Shown one piece after another: positions 18,720 through 28,348 of a stretch of DNA of 64,000 nucleotides. Where the stretch lies: sequence record NC_061421.1; one strand, written 5' to 3'. The notes beneath the pieces were generated by a model, which made no database searches, had not been told where the DNA came from, and worked only from the letters and a program-made list of their open reading frames with translations. Each line of letters starts with the position of its first letter. Position 1 is the first letter of the stretch. Both the position numbers and the translations under genes were made by a program.

Positions 18720-19161
18720 TGGGGTCAGTCCTTACAGAATTATCTTTAACAAAAGTGAAATCGAATCCTTCGATCGTTTCTATCTGAGCAATCCGACCGT
18801 AATCCGATTCGATGATTAAACTCTGGCTTCGCATAGCAAATCCAGAGAGGTCTGGAAATAGATTTCTGAAGCCGATGGCTTCTGGGGAAAGCGCGATGTC
18901 CGCATATAACCACATAGCGCCAGTACTGACGTTATTGACGATTTCATAACCCACTAAGTACCCGGCACTTTCATTTCGCCGAAACGATTTTTCCCAATCG
19001 TCCACCTGACAAAACGTCACGTAGCCAATACTTCCAAAGTTTAAGATGGATTGCATTTGCTTTTCCAGTTGATCTAACGTGATGTTATATTGATCATTGG
19101 AAAGATTCATCGCTGGCGAATTGAAGGTCATTAATTCAATATTGCGGACAAACTCTGACAT
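18694..19161 (-). CDS. Hypothetical protein
   Basis: 155-aa ORF. Confidence 0.65.
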   Translation of the reverse strand: MSEFVRNIELMTFNSPAMNLSNDQYNITLDQLEKQMQSILNFGSIGYVTFCQVDDWEKSFRRNESAGYLVGYEIVNNVSTGAMWLYADIALSPEAIGFRNLFPDLSGFAMRSQSLIIESDYGRIAQIETIEGFDFTFVKDNSVRTDPIEKHQRRR

Positions 19162-19179
19162 AGCACTTACCCCACGAAA

Positions 19180-19707
19180 CTAACCCCCGAAAGAATGGGA
19201 GGAAAACGAAGAATGTGACCGCGACGTTGAACCGAACCCTGAGCGAGTAACAGTCTTCACGCCCGATAAGCCGTTAGCAGTTCGGGTAGGGGAGAATTCT
19301 GTCCCTGTGCGAGAGCGAAAGGTTTCGCTATTCCTTGATCGATAGAAAGGCTGTGCGTAGCTCCCCGTACCGCCATAGGAATAATAATGCGGGTAGGGGT
19401 AGAAGTGAGCACCGCCATGGGACGTGTATTCACAACGATTCGCGTCGTTATCCTTTTCGCATTCTTCTTTGGTACGATATGACTTCCCTGTAACCTTTGC
19501 ATTATCAACCGCTGATTTATACGCATTGGTACAGTTCGAGGAATAATCGTTCAACGTCTTCTGACATTCAGAGATCGAGCCATAAGGACGATACGTGTCG
19601 TCAGAGACATCGCAACCTGATAAGAAAGCGCTGCTGATTATAATTCCGCCCGCGAGAATGATTCTTTTACGGAATCTCGCCTTAGCAATATTTTTTGTTC
19701 TTTTCAT
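19180..19707 (-). CDS. YgiB/DUF1190-family lipoprotein
   Basis: MKRTK...FRK N-terminus, LSGC lipobox, paired Cys, C-terminal TVTRSGFG, as in E. coli YgiB. Confidence 0.85.
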   Translation of the reverse strand: MKRTKNIAKARFRKRIILAGGIIISSAFLSGCDVSDDTYRPYGSISECQKTLNDYSSNCTNAYKSAVDNAKVTGKSYRTKEECEKDNDANRCEYTSHGGAHFYPYPHYYSYGGTGSYAQPFYRSRNSETFRSRTGTEFSPTRTANGLSGVKTVTRSGFGSTSRSHSSFSSHSFGG

Positions 19708-19785
19708 TACCCTTGCCTTAAAAGTAAATAATCAAATAAATTCAGCGGTATAAAAAAATAGACAGAGATAACCCCTGTCTACACC

Positions 19786-20178
19786 TTAATGGTCCATTGC
19801 CGTAGGGGATTGGTTAGATGGCCTAGTAACAGACCATGCAAATCCCCCGCTACCTTTTTGTACTTTGATAACAATATCGGCAACAAATTTTGTTTTGTTA
19901 GTGAGCGCCCTTACGTCCAGCGTCAACCATAACTGACGGTTAGGTACTATTACCGGTTGTGGTTTCGAAGGGTGGGATAACAACGTCACAGTATCAAACG
20001 TCCCTGCTGAAGGTATCTCGGGCAGTGAATCAGAAAAAAGTTTACCTACGCTTCTTTTCGTGATCGGACCAAATTGGTCCTCTACAAAGGTGAGTAAATC
20101 ATCCTCAAGTTCCCCGATAAGCAAGACGATTTTATTTTCTTGCCACATGACCGCATTGAGCGCATCTTGACAATTCAT
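19786..20178 (-). CDS. Hypothetical protein, degenerate P-loop-like paralog
   Basis: KIVLLIG...FVADIVI pattern shared with neighbours. Confidence 0.6.
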   Translation of the reverse strand: MNCQDALNAVMWQENKIVLLIGELEDDLLTFVEDQFGPITKRSVGKLFSDSLPEIPSAGTFDTVTLLSHPSKPQPVIVPNRQLWLTLDVRALTNKTKFVADIVIKVQKGSGGFAWSVTRPSNQSPTAMDH

Positions 20179-20624
20179 TTGGTTTTCTCCTCAAGTTGAG
20201 CCAAACCACTTTTTCTTTCGGTGCGATCAAAACCATACACCGACAACTGACCTTCATTTAATTCAAAGTGCGCGATAATGTCGGCCTTAAACAACGTCTT
20301 GGGCGGAAAGGAATAATCCTGATAGAACCCTTTCGCAAACGAGCCCTCGGAGAGAAATAGGACAGACTCCTCACGCCCACCTATTGCCGGGAAGATTCGA
20401 TTCAGTTGTTTTGTCGCGCCAATAAATCGTTCAACCGGCTTGTAGTAAATGGCCATGTCAAAGCTCATGTGCCGTTCGATAATGATATTTCTGCGGTCAC
20501 TGGGAATGTTTTCAATTCCCAATTCCGCCAACCCCATCGCCAGTGCTTTTTCACTGTTACCAGTAATCAAAACAAACTTACCCTTGGCCGGAACCACTAA
20601 AGCTTTCAGTGTTTCAATGTTCAT
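20175..20624 (-). CDS. Hypothetical protein, degenerate P-loop-like paralog
   Basis: KFVLITG...FKADIIA. Confidence 0.6.
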   Translation of the reverse strand: MNIETLKALVVPAKGKFVLITGNSEKALAMGLAELGIENIPSDRRNIIIERHMSFDMAIYYKPVERFIGATKQLNRIFPAIGGREESVLFLSEGSFAKGFYQDYSFPPKTLFKADIIAHFELNEGQLSVYGFDRTERKSGLAQLEEKTK

Positions 20625-20651
20625 GTTATTTCTCCTCTATTGAAAAATATA

Positions 20652-20673
20652 AGTAGGGGAAATTTCCCCTACT
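20652..20673. terminator. Terminator hairpin
   Basis: AGTAGGGGA-aatt-TCCCCTACT. Confidence 0.65.
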
Positions 20674-20676
20674 GTT

Positions 20677-20976
20677 TTATTTACGATACGCTTTTGTACT
20701 ACCGTCGGTCTTTTGGTCGTACTGGTTTTCAGAAGGGCAATACGGATCACGGGCGGCGTAACTGCCTCCTAAGACAGGCGTAATACTTTTCCCTTCTACG
20801 TAAAAATATTCACAACCTGTCGCATGATCCACGATGATTCGCAGATAACCATCATCCATAGATTTCTTTTCGAATCGCCCACTGTAGTCGCCGTTAGGGT
20901 CGTCCCAAACCGTAATTGAATCAGCCAATGCGCTATGAGACAAGAACAGAAACGCAACAAGAAATAGTTTATACAT
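20677..20976 (-). CDS. Secreted protein with DUF6440-like motif
   Basis: Signal peptide ending SALA; IIVDHATGCEYF...SITP. Confidence 0.55.
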   Translation of the reverse strand: MYKLFLVAFLFLSHSALADSITVWDDPNGDYSGRFEKKSMDDGYLRIIVDHATGCEYFYVEGKSITPVLGGSYAARDPYCPSENQYDQKTDGSTKAYRK

Positions 20977-21424
20977 CTAACACCACCCCCGAAGCACTGA
21001 ATTTATTTCGCCAGACAAACAGGGAAATCCCCTTTTCATTACGTTTGGCTTCTAACCAGACATCAGGTAAGATTTTTATTCTATCTCCCGCACCGCCAGT
21101 CGAAAGCCATAGTTTCTTCCCGCCGGTTTCAGCCGATAACCCAATGCCCATGGCGACGTCGTGAACCGAATCAATATAGTCGTTGAGCGGTTCTGTTACT
21201 TTATTTTCACCTAACCGGTTTTCCCAGTACGTAATGGTGTCAACCTCACCGTCGGAGGTTTTTGTAACATTACGCTGTAACAGAGCCACTTGAGCAACGT
21301 TGGTCACCTTATTACTGAATAATATATCGACCGTCGAAAGTAATAGATCCTCATCAGCAGCGGTGAGTAATAAACTGGATTTTTCTTGGGTGGTGAAGTT
21401 CTTGATAATGCTTTCGATATTCAT
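20969..21424 (-). CDS. Hypothetical protein, degenerate P-loop-like paralog
   Basis: MNIES...SSLLLTA...LPDVWL...WRNK. Confidence 0.6.
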   Translation of the reverse strand: MNIESIIKNFTTQEKSSLLLTAADEDLLLSTVDILFSNKVTNVAQVALLQRNVTKTSDGEVDTITYWENRLGENKVTEPLNDYIDSVHDVAMGIGLSAETGGKKLWLSTGGAGDRIKILPDVWLEAKRNEKGISLFVWRNKFSASGVVLDV

Positions 21425-21873
21425 TTTTTACTCTCCAGATATTCCTCGACATCTTCGACGACTAATCTTTCTTGGTGGGCTATTTCTTCTGCCGACATGC
21501 CAATTTTATCGCAGTTATCAATTACATTAAAATTAGTAAAAGCACCCACCAAATTAAGATCTACCGTGATATCAGATAAAACATCATCTAAAAAATCACC
21601 GCTCAAACCAACCGTTAATAACGCAGTTTCGCCCAATACTTCAGGTGCCATTAACCTTTCTTTAATTTTATCTATACCAGAAAGTGCTTCGGTCACCAAA
21701 ACCCCAGTGGGCTTATTTCGCAAATCGGTAAGAATTTTAACTGACTCGGATTTAAATTCATCGACCATTTCTGAATGGATTTCTTTTACTTCAGCGATTT
21801 TCTCCGGCGTTAATCTTCTTACGATTGCTTTTTGGGCTTCCTCGATAATCACCACATCGATATCTTTATCCAT
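21421..21873 (-). CDS. Hypothetical acidic helical protein
   Basis: 150-aa ORF with ATGA overlap. Confidence 0.65.
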   Translation of the reverse strand: MDKDIDVVIIEEAQKAIVRRLTPEKIAEVKEIHSEMVDEFKSESVKILTDLRNKPTGVLVTEALSGIDKIKERLMAPEVLGETALLTVGLSGDFLDDVLSDITVDLNLVGAFTNFNVIDNCDKIGMSAEEIAHQERLVVEDVEEYLESKK

Positions 21874-21874
21874 C

Positions 21875-22459
21875 TCAGAATCCTTTCGTCGAATTCATTA
21901 ACGTAAGACTCGGCATGTTAAAGTGCCGATCAGATTGAATCTGCGCAGCTAACGAGGTAATAGTTTTAGCTCGTAAAAGAGCCCATTGACCACTAATTGA
22001 AACAATTACCCCGGCGTCCTGGTTTTCCCCGACCAAAAAAGTCGTGTAAGAAAGTACAGAGCGCGTTTTCGCAATGAGGTTCTTCTGCTGTTCTTCGGGG
22101 ATAGGTTGACCTATCTCCTGGTGCGCGCTGATGAGATCGAGGACATCCTGTTCGCAGTAAACCGGGAACAACTGATCTTGCCCAGGGATACGTTTGCACC
22201 GCTGATAATAACGCGTCAGTGTAGGGAGAAAGGAAAAACGTTCTACAGTATTATCGTCTACCGTCACCTTTTCTAAGAACTCACTCTCTAAGCGAGTGTA
22301 GCGGTCATTTCTCCGGTTTATAGACGAGTAAAGAACTACCTGTTCGCCATCCGTTAAATTGTCGGCAGAGACAACGAGATCATCGACGATATAAACTCCG
22401 CCTTTGTAATGACGGAAAATATCCCACTGACGTACTTCACGTTTTACTGAGCTATACAT
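21875..22459 (-). CDS. DUF1653-domain protein
   Basis: FRHYKGGVYIV...EQVVLYSS...YTRLESEFLEKV. Confidence 0.75.
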   Translation of the reverse strand: MYSSVKREVRQWDIFRHYKGGVYIVDDLVVSADNLTDGEQVVLYSSINRRNDRYTRLESEFLEKVTVDDNTVERFSFLPTLTRYYQRCKRIPGQDQLFPVYCEQDVLDLISAHQEIGQPIPEEQQKNLIAKTRSVLSYTTFLVGENQDAGVIVSISGQWALLRAKTITSLAAQIQSDRHFNMPSLTLMNSTKGF

Positions 22460-22490
22460 TTTATTAACCTCTTTCGTTGTAATGAGCGAC

Positions 22491-22518
22491 TTTACCCGTC
22501 CGTTAGTGGACGGGTAAA
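22491..22518. terminator. Hairpin, probable terminator
   Basis: TTTACCCGTCC / GGACGGGTAAA. Confidence 0.65.
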
Positions 22519-22531
22519 GTCGGGTACGGTA

Positions 22532-23173
22532 CTACTCCGCAATTTCGAAGTTGATCCCTTGCTGGATAGAGTGAATAGTTTCCTCGTAAGTCTCAGCCAA
22601 AGGTCTGCGAGAAGAGTTGAAGGAAAAAGACCGTTCTTCGTTAAAATGATACCGTCGGTCTTCGCCCGTATCAAAATAAAGAACAACGCCGTCTTTAACG
22701 AAATAACGTTCTTCAAGTCCTTCACGCGGGTAAAAAAATTCACGCCAGCTCGGCTCACGAACGTAACCTTTCAGAGCTGCTAAATTATCGAGTGAAACGT
22801 CGGTAATCCCCCATTGTATTTCTGGGCGAGGGTCACTGTACCCCAAATCGACGAAGAACTGAATGAAATCGTTCACTGTAACATTTAGTTCAACGCCGTC
22901 GAAGTGAGACGAGACGAAAGAGAGAACACCATCTTTAACCTTTACGACCATATCTCTCGGTTTAGTGACTATCGTCGCCGACTCTAATTCCAATATCGAT
23001 TTTACTCCCAAAAGGAGTTCGCCTGTTACTTCAGATTCATTGATCGCTAAGAATTCCAAAAGGCCCGCGATATAACCCTTTTCTTTTAAACGATCAAACT
23101 CGAAAATAAGGGTATGATTACCTTCAGTTAATCCGAATTTTACGCTCTCTTCTTTCAGGACAAACTTACCCAT
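22532..23173 (-). CDS. Hypothetical protein
   Basis: 213-aa ORF with SD. Confidence 0.7.
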   Translation of the reverse strand: MGKFVLKEESVKFGLTEGNHTLIFEFDRLKEKGYIAGLLEFLAINESEVTGELLLGVKSILELESATIVTKPRDMVVKVKDGVLSFVSSHFDGVELNVTVNDFIQFFVDLGYSDPRPEIQWGITDVSLDNLAALKGYVREPSWREFFYPREGLEERYFVKDGVVLYFDTGEDRRYHFNEERSFSFNSSRRPLAETYEETIHSIQQGINFEIAE

Positions 23174-23176
23174 ATT

Positions 23177-23596
23177 TTATTCTCCGGTAGTGTTTCTGTT
23201 AGGGTCGAAAAAGCTCACAGTCTCTGAAACGGGTTTCCCGAGCGTTCCTTTTAAAACGCGCATGACGTTATAGTTGATCAGGTTTGCGACCGCTTCTGCT
23301 AAAATGGGCGATTTTAAATCAAGTTCTAAACCAACCCCTCCAGAGTGTCTAACTAGAACAGTAGAATCGCCGAAGCCACAAGCGTTCACTGCGCTGTATT
23401 TAACGTAGTACGTTCCTGAGTATTCTCCGTCCGATCCTTTCATTTTTTGGTCGATGAAGAAACCAAAAGGTAAGAAAGTATTTTCGATTCTTTCGAGTAT
23501 TTTTTGTTCTTCTTCTGAAAGAATACCTTGAATAAAATCGTTAATGGATGGATTGTCTAAAACTTTGTTTGTGATTTTCACTTCTTCCGTTTTCAT
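23177..23596 (-). CDS. Hypothetical protein
   Basis: 139-aa ORF with SD. Confidence 0.65.
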   Translation of the reverse strand: MKTEEVKITNKVLDNPSINDFIQGILSEEEQKILERIENTFLPFGFFIDQKMKGSDGEYSGTYYVKYSAVNACGFGDSTVLVRHSGGVGLELDLKSPILAEAVANLINYNVMRVLKGTLGKPVSETVSFFDPNRNTTGE

Positions 23597-23626
23597 ATTG
23601 TCACCTTTAGTTAGAATTAAATGAGT

Positions 23627-24154
23627 TTACCACTTTAATCGAGACTGACGCAATGTCCACGGATTAGAGTAAACCGTTAATGTTTGAACCTTAATATCTT
23701 TTGGAGATAGTTCTATTGGAGGGTTTGATTTGATATTAAAGGGATGAATAGAATAGAATTCTACATTTTCCCCGGGGTTATAAATCCGCACTTTCTTTAA
23801 CAAAAACATATCCAACGGCTTCGTTACCCAAATCTCCTTTGTAAAATGGGCATCCCAAACTTGCTTTTTCTCCGTTAATACATCCGATGGAATGTGACAG
23901 ATTTTTGTTATTAACGCCTCTTCTGGGGTATAAACAAAAAAGTCCATGTATGGATATTTTTTCTCTTCGAAAAAAGTTGATACGTTTGGGTAAATAGAAC
24001 TAAAGCATTTCTCTACCGAAGGCGCTAGAGAAATACGCGGAATATTCGGTTCAGGATATTTTACATCCTTTGATTCTTTCAGTTCCATTCCATCAGGTAA
24101 CTTGGGCTTCCATAACCCTGCTAATTCGCCATTAAAACTAATGTGTAGGTACAT
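23627..24154 (-). CDS. Conserved phage protein (YxHIS...PRIS..PS..C...TxExW)
   Basis: Motif pattern recurrent in phage proteins; function unknown. Confidence 0.65.
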   Translation of the reverse strand: MYLHISFNGELAGLWKPKLPDGMELKESKDVKYPEPNIPRISLAPSVEKCFSSIYPNVSTFFEEKKYPYMDFFVYTPEEALITKICHIPSDVLTEKKQVWDAHFTKEIWVTKPLDMFLLKKVRIYNPGENVEFYSIHPFNIKSNPPIELSPKDIKVQTLTVYSNPWTLRQSRLKW

Positions 24155-24168
24155 TAAACCTCCAAAAA

Positions 24169-24196
24169 AGAAAAGGGGCGATTTCGCCCCTTTTCT
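24169..24196. terminator. Terminator hairpin
   Basis: AGAAAAGGGGCG-attt-CGCCCCTTTTCT. Confidence 0.75.
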
Positions 24197-24198
24197 AA

Positions 24199-25713
24199 TT
24201 AATAACCGAGAACTTTGTTCAGTTGCTCAATTGCCAGACCCAGCGCTGCCTGGGCATCAATCTGCGCATCGATCGCCTTCTGCGTTGCCGCAAACTGAAG
24301 AACAATCTCATCGCGAAGCGGCTTGATCGCTGCGATCAACGCTTCATTACGTTCCTTCTGCTCCAGCTCTGCCGCTACCCGTTCGAGTTCCAGAATCTGT
24401 TTACGAACATCCACAGAACTAGTCGGTGCCGGTAATTGCTCTTTGAGCTCGATCGGTGTGATAGGGTCCGGTACCGCAGATAACATTTCAGGGAGCGTTG
24501 CTAAATTTACCGGTTTAACCTCTAGTTGCGCGAGGCGATTAGGGTATTGAGAAGAATTGGGTTTGACATCGGTCGTTTTCTTCTCTAACGCTTCCATTAC
24601 CGCCTGCGCTATCGCAGTAGTAGGTTCTTCGCCACACGTTCTCACTATTTCCTCCCCGCTCGGTTTCCCTTCATCAATAGCAACCCAGCTCACTACCTTC
24701 TCCTTTGCATTGGCGTTAGGGTGAGCATCATCGTAGATTCTGATTTTACCCTCGGTCAATAACGGATTTAGGATATCGTAACGGTCTTGGGAGCTCAATG
24801 CTCCGTCGAGGCCGATATAGTTCCACACCCGGAAGAGAGGTAACGGTTTTCCTAAATTGGTCAAAAGCTCAATGACCAAAGTACCTACTGCACGCGGATC
24901 AATTTTCCGGACATCTACAACCGAAGGGATAGGATCTAACGTGAGTGTAGGTGCCGCGTGATCGAAACGCTGCTCAGAGGTAGGCAACGGCTTGCAGAAG
25001 TCACCGTGCACAAAACGGCCCACCGGGTAACGAACATTTTCGCCTTCCGGGAACTGCTCCTTGACCCCTTCGTATTTCTTCAGGTAGTTCAGTACGTCAG
25101 AGCGCGCTTGACCTTTCAAGTATTTATACTCTACCAAAGCGTTGTCGAGCTCAGTGCGCGTAAAGCCTTCTTTATTAGTTAAAAGAAGCGCTTTGATTTT
25201 AACCGCCGCATTAATGAGTTTCCCATCTTTGAGGTGCAGTTTACGCAACTCGTCGAAATTGACGAGTTTCTTTTCTTCACCAAGGAAAACGATTTCATCT
25301 TTATTTACTGGTGTTTCAGTGCTCATAGCGGGTTTATCCATGACGGGGACAATACGGTTTATCAATGTGCGTTTGCGAGTCACGAGCGTCTGTTTCCCCG
25401 GAGCTGCAATGTGGACTACCTCTCCGGAGAGTTGATGTTGCGGTGGCTGCGCGACCACGTTAATCGGGGCTGAGTGCATTTTGTGACGCAGGTGCGGAGA
25501 GCCAACGACGCCTTTCCGCGTTATCGGGGTGACAACGATACGATCTTTTGTAATCACGTAATCCAGTAACAACCCTAGCTCTTTCTTGTTCAGCGTACGG
25601 AGGGAGGGGATTTTCGTTTGGAGAAGGTCGTAGGTCATTCCGTCGGGAATACGCTCCAGAAAGCGACTCAGTTCGTTATACGGTAAGTAAAGTTTTTCTT
25701 GTAAACGGGCCAT
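24199..25713 (-). CDS. Protein with repeated winged-helix-like domains and C-terminal coiled coil
   Basis: N-terminal ~70 aa paralogous to 25772..26050; heptad-rich C-terminus. Confidence 0.65.
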   Translation of the reverse strand: MARLQEKLYLPYNELSRFLERIPDGMTYDLLQTKIPSLRTLNKKELGLLLDYVITKDRIVVTPITRKGVVGSPHLRHKMHSAPINVVAQPPQHQLSGEVVHIAAPGKQTLVTRKRTLINRIVPVMDKPAMSTETPVNKDEIVFLGEEKKLVNFDELRKLHLKDGKLINAAVKIKALLLTNKEGFTRTELDNALVEYKYLKGQARSDVLNYLKKYEGVKEQFPEGENVRYPVGRFVHGDFCKPLPTSEQRFDHAAPTLTLDPIPSVVDVRKIDPRAVGTLVIELLTNLGKPLPLFRVWNYIGLDGALSSQDRYDILNPLLTEGKIRIYDDAHPNANAKEKVVSWVAIDEGKPSGEEIVRTCGEEPTTAIAQAVMEALEKKTTDVKPNSSQYPNRLAQLEVKPVNLATLPEMLSAVPDPITPIELKEQLPAPTSSVDVRKQILELERVAAELEQKERNEALIAAIKPLRDEIVLQFAATQKAIDAQIDAQAALGLAIEQLNKVLGY

Positions 25714-25771
25714 GTGATTACTCCTTTCTTAATGAAGAGGTGTTAACTTAACTTATCTTTTATCCAAATAT

Positions 25772-26050
25772 TTACCGGAAGAAGAAAGAGGGCGATATTA
25801 ATTCATTGGTTGATAGCATATATCTTTTATGTTTCAAAAATGTTATTTCACCAGCTTCATTCTTTGTAACAGAAATAAAACCCCTTTCAACGACGTATTT
25901 AAATAAGAGATCAAAATCTTCTTTGTTTAACAAGCGAAGCGAAGGGATTTTAAGTTTTAATGTATCGTAGGTAGATCCTGCTGGGTATTTTTCTAAGAAA
26001 ATATTAAGAGAATTGAAAGAGTCGTAAAGATTTGATTTTAAGCAGGTCAT
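25772..26050 (-). CDS. Stand-alone paralog of the N-terminal domain of 24199..25713
   Basis: FLEKYPAGSTYDTLKLKIPSLRLLNK vs FLERIPDGMTYDLLQTKIPSLRTLNK. Confidence 0.7.
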   Translation of the reverse strand: MTCLKSNLYDSFNSLNIFLEKYPAGSTYDTLKLKIPSLRLLNKEDFDLLFKYVVERGFISVTKNEAGEITFLKHKRYMLSTNELISPSFFFR

Positions 26051-26081
26051 TTAATCTACTCCTTGCGTGTTAGAAACGGAG

Positions 26082-26450
26082 TTATTTAACCAACGTTTGA
26101 AGAGACGCAATGATTGCTTTTATTTCTTCATTATCGAAGACAATGTAGGTTGCCTTTTCTTCGTAGAAACCATCGCGGGTGGTACATTCTAAATCCATCG
26201 GGATATTAGAAGAGATACCATTTACCCGAGTCTCTTTCTGTGCACGCTCGTCGATGTCCATCAACGTTTCCGATGAGTCTGCATCAATATCGACGAGCGC
26301 TTTGTACACGAAATCATTTGTCATGGATTCGTATTTAATGTTCAATGAGTGGATAGCCGGCTCTAACAACGCTTCCTGATACGCGGGGCCAAAAATAAAC
26401 AGCGTTCCCGAAGGTAATTTGAGGAATTCTTCTTTGTTGTAAAGCTTCAT
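26082..26450 (-). CDS. Hypothetical protein
   Basis: Start moved to MKLYNKEEFL. Confidence 0.7.
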   Translation of the reverse strand: MKLYNKEEFLKLPSGTLFIFGPAYQEALLEPAIHSLNIKYESMTNDFVYKALVDIDADSSETLMDIDERAQKETRVNGISSNIPMDLECTTRDGFYEEKATYIVFDNEEIKAIIASLQTLVK

Positions 26451-26519
26451 TTGATTTCTCCTATAAAAGACAACGTAAATTAGAATCGAATTTGATTCAT
26501 CTGTCAATATTACATTCTG

Positions 26520-26527
26520 GTGATATA
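26520..26527 (-). promoter_or_regulatory. Putative early promoter motif TATATCAC
   Basis: Intergenic, just downstream of the NAMPT terminator. Confidence 0.65.
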
Positions 26528-26548
26528 TACATCAAAAATTATGCATAA

Positions 26549-26578
26549 TTCCTTACAGCGCCTGAACGCTGTAAGGAA
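26549..26578. terminator. Terminator hairpin after NAMPT-like gene
   Basis: TTCCTTACAGCG / CGCTGTAAGGAA. Confidence 0.75.
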
Positions 26579-26590
26579 AGTTTTATGCTA

Positions 26591-28348
26591 TCAAATCCAT
26601 TGTGCCGCACGTTCACGGATAGTACGAATACTTTCCAGAATCTTCACATCGCCGTTCAGGTAAACTGTACGCATCGCGTCTCGCTCACTTCCGCGCAACG
26701 TTTCGTACTGCTCCCGAGTCAGATCGTCTTTCAGTGTTAGCGTTCCATCATCTTCACGATAGACAATCAGATACCCTTTTGCTGACTTCTTAGTACCGTC
26801 GTCAGTTTTAGGGTTCTTCGCGATGTTGTAGTGTTTACCGTTGACTTTACCGGCGGTTGCCTTCATGGCGATGCCCAGAGTGTCGCGAGTCACAAACTGG
26901 AACTCGAAACTCCCTACCCCAAAGACAACGTTAGAGCTACAGAATCCATTCTCTTTCAAACGGGAAAGGATCCGTGTCATGGTGTTGATGTTGATCGCAT
27001 CGCCATAGATCAAACCGACGTGCGGATCCAGCTCTTTATACCCAGCGGCATTTGTGGTTCCGCCGAAGATTTCCCAGAGTATCTGTACTGCACCCTTCTG
27101 CTCTTCGATAGAAATAGGTTTCCCTGTTTTAGTCGAATAGAATTGACCATCAACACAGAAAGATTCGAAATTACCAGACGTAGCATTTTGAATCGCGACA
27201 AATTTCGTAGCATCTAAAGCAGAAGCTCCCCCTAAAACGACCATCTCTTGGGAATTGTGATTATCGCCGTCCCAAGTGTATCCGCAGAGGATATGGTACG
27301 GATTCCCGGAATCTGGACGATAGACCAGTTTACCGTCACGCGCCATAATCGCATCTTTGTTTGCGATAGCTTTGGTGGTGATGGTGTCAAAGAAGTCATT
27401 CGTATCACTGACGAAGCTGAAAACGCCAGAAGGGTAAACTTCCGTGATCAGGCGTCGTTGGAATAATTCCTCCGCCTTCGAGAGTAACTCCGCTTCTGTG
27501 ACATTAGCGTATTCAGGGGTCGCCTTCAGCTCCTCTGCGTAAACTGCAATATTCAGACAGGTTACGCTGTGTTCTGTGGCTGGGACACTACCAGCGATTT
27601 CCGAGACCGATACGTCGCCTTCTGGATTATAGAAGCGATTCGCGGTCCAGACCGAAGGGAAGCTGTCGCTCCCTTTGAAATAGATCAGCTGACCTACTGA
27701 GCTGTTCGCATCGTCAAACATCCCCGACATTCCACGTAACGCGAAGTTATGTGCCTGGTAGTCAATGAACGCTTGCGCCGCACCCGTCTCGTTAGCGTAC
27801 TGCTCCAGTACACGGCGGAAGTGTAACGCTTTCGTTGCCAACACGCACGGTTTCCAGAGTTCGTTACTCCAGAGGTCTTCGAAGTAACCGGTCAGCCACC
27901 CAAAGCCGTCGACAGTGTTTTCAATCGTCAGGAATGGAACACGAATAGGGACTAATGACCCCTCCGGTACCGCACGAATTTCGAGCGGGATATAACCCAG
28001 TTCGTGCAGCTCTTTCAGATGCGTCGATTTCACCACGCCTTTACCCAGAACCCCGTCCATGTATTCGAGGTATTCAGCCTCTACCTGATTAAACGGCGTT
28101 TTGAAGAAGTTATCAAAACTCCCGACCAACCAGCGGAGCACTAAACGCTGCAGACCCATAAATACCGAACCGTCAAAGTCCAGTGGGGTATTGAAGTACG
28201 TGTGACTTCTGGCCGTCAGGTTTTCAAAGAAGCTGTCGGTACCCAGCGGTTGTTGGTTGATGTGCCCGGTTTTATAGGCGTCACAGAGCAGGAATACCAG
28301 CGGATCTTCGGTATAGAATTTTGGGTCTTTCAGTAAAGGATTGGTCAT
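26591..28348 (-). CDS. Nicotinamide phosphoribosyltransferase-like enzyme (candidate Namat of NARP1)
   Basis: DAYKTGH, HNFALRG, FKGSDS, SVPATEHSV, SFVSDT, YRPDSG, GLIYGDAI, FGVGS, TRDTLGIAMKAT, KNPKTDDGTKKSAKG. Confidence 0.95.
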   Translation of the reverse strand: MTNPLLKDPKFYTEDPLVFLLCDAYKTGHINQQPLGTDSFFENLTARSHTYFNTPLDFDGSVFMGLQRLVLRWLVGSFDNFFKTPFNQVEAEYLEYMDGVLGKGVVKSTHLKELHELGYIPLEIRAVPEGSLVPIRVPFLTIENTVDGFGWLTGYFEDLWSNELWKPCVLATKALHFRRVLEQYANETGAAQAFIDYQAHNFALRGMSGMFDDANSSVGQLIYFKGSDSFPSVWTANRFYNPEGDVSVSEIAGSVPATEHSVTCLNIAVYAEELKATPEYANVTEAELLSKAEELFQRRLITEVYPSGVFSFVSDTNDFFDTITTKAIANKDAIMARDGKLVYRPDSGNPYHILCGYTWDGDNHNSQEMVVLGGASALDATKFVAIQNATSGNFESFCVDGQFYSTKTGKPISIEEQKGAVQILWEIFGGTTNAAGYKELDPHVGLIYGDAININTMTRILSRLKENGFCSSNVVFGVGSFEFQFVTRDTLGIAMKATAGKVNGKHYNIAKNPKTDDGTKKSAKGYLIVYREDDGTLTLKDDLTREQYETLRGSERDAMRTVYLNGDVKILESIRTIRERAAQWI

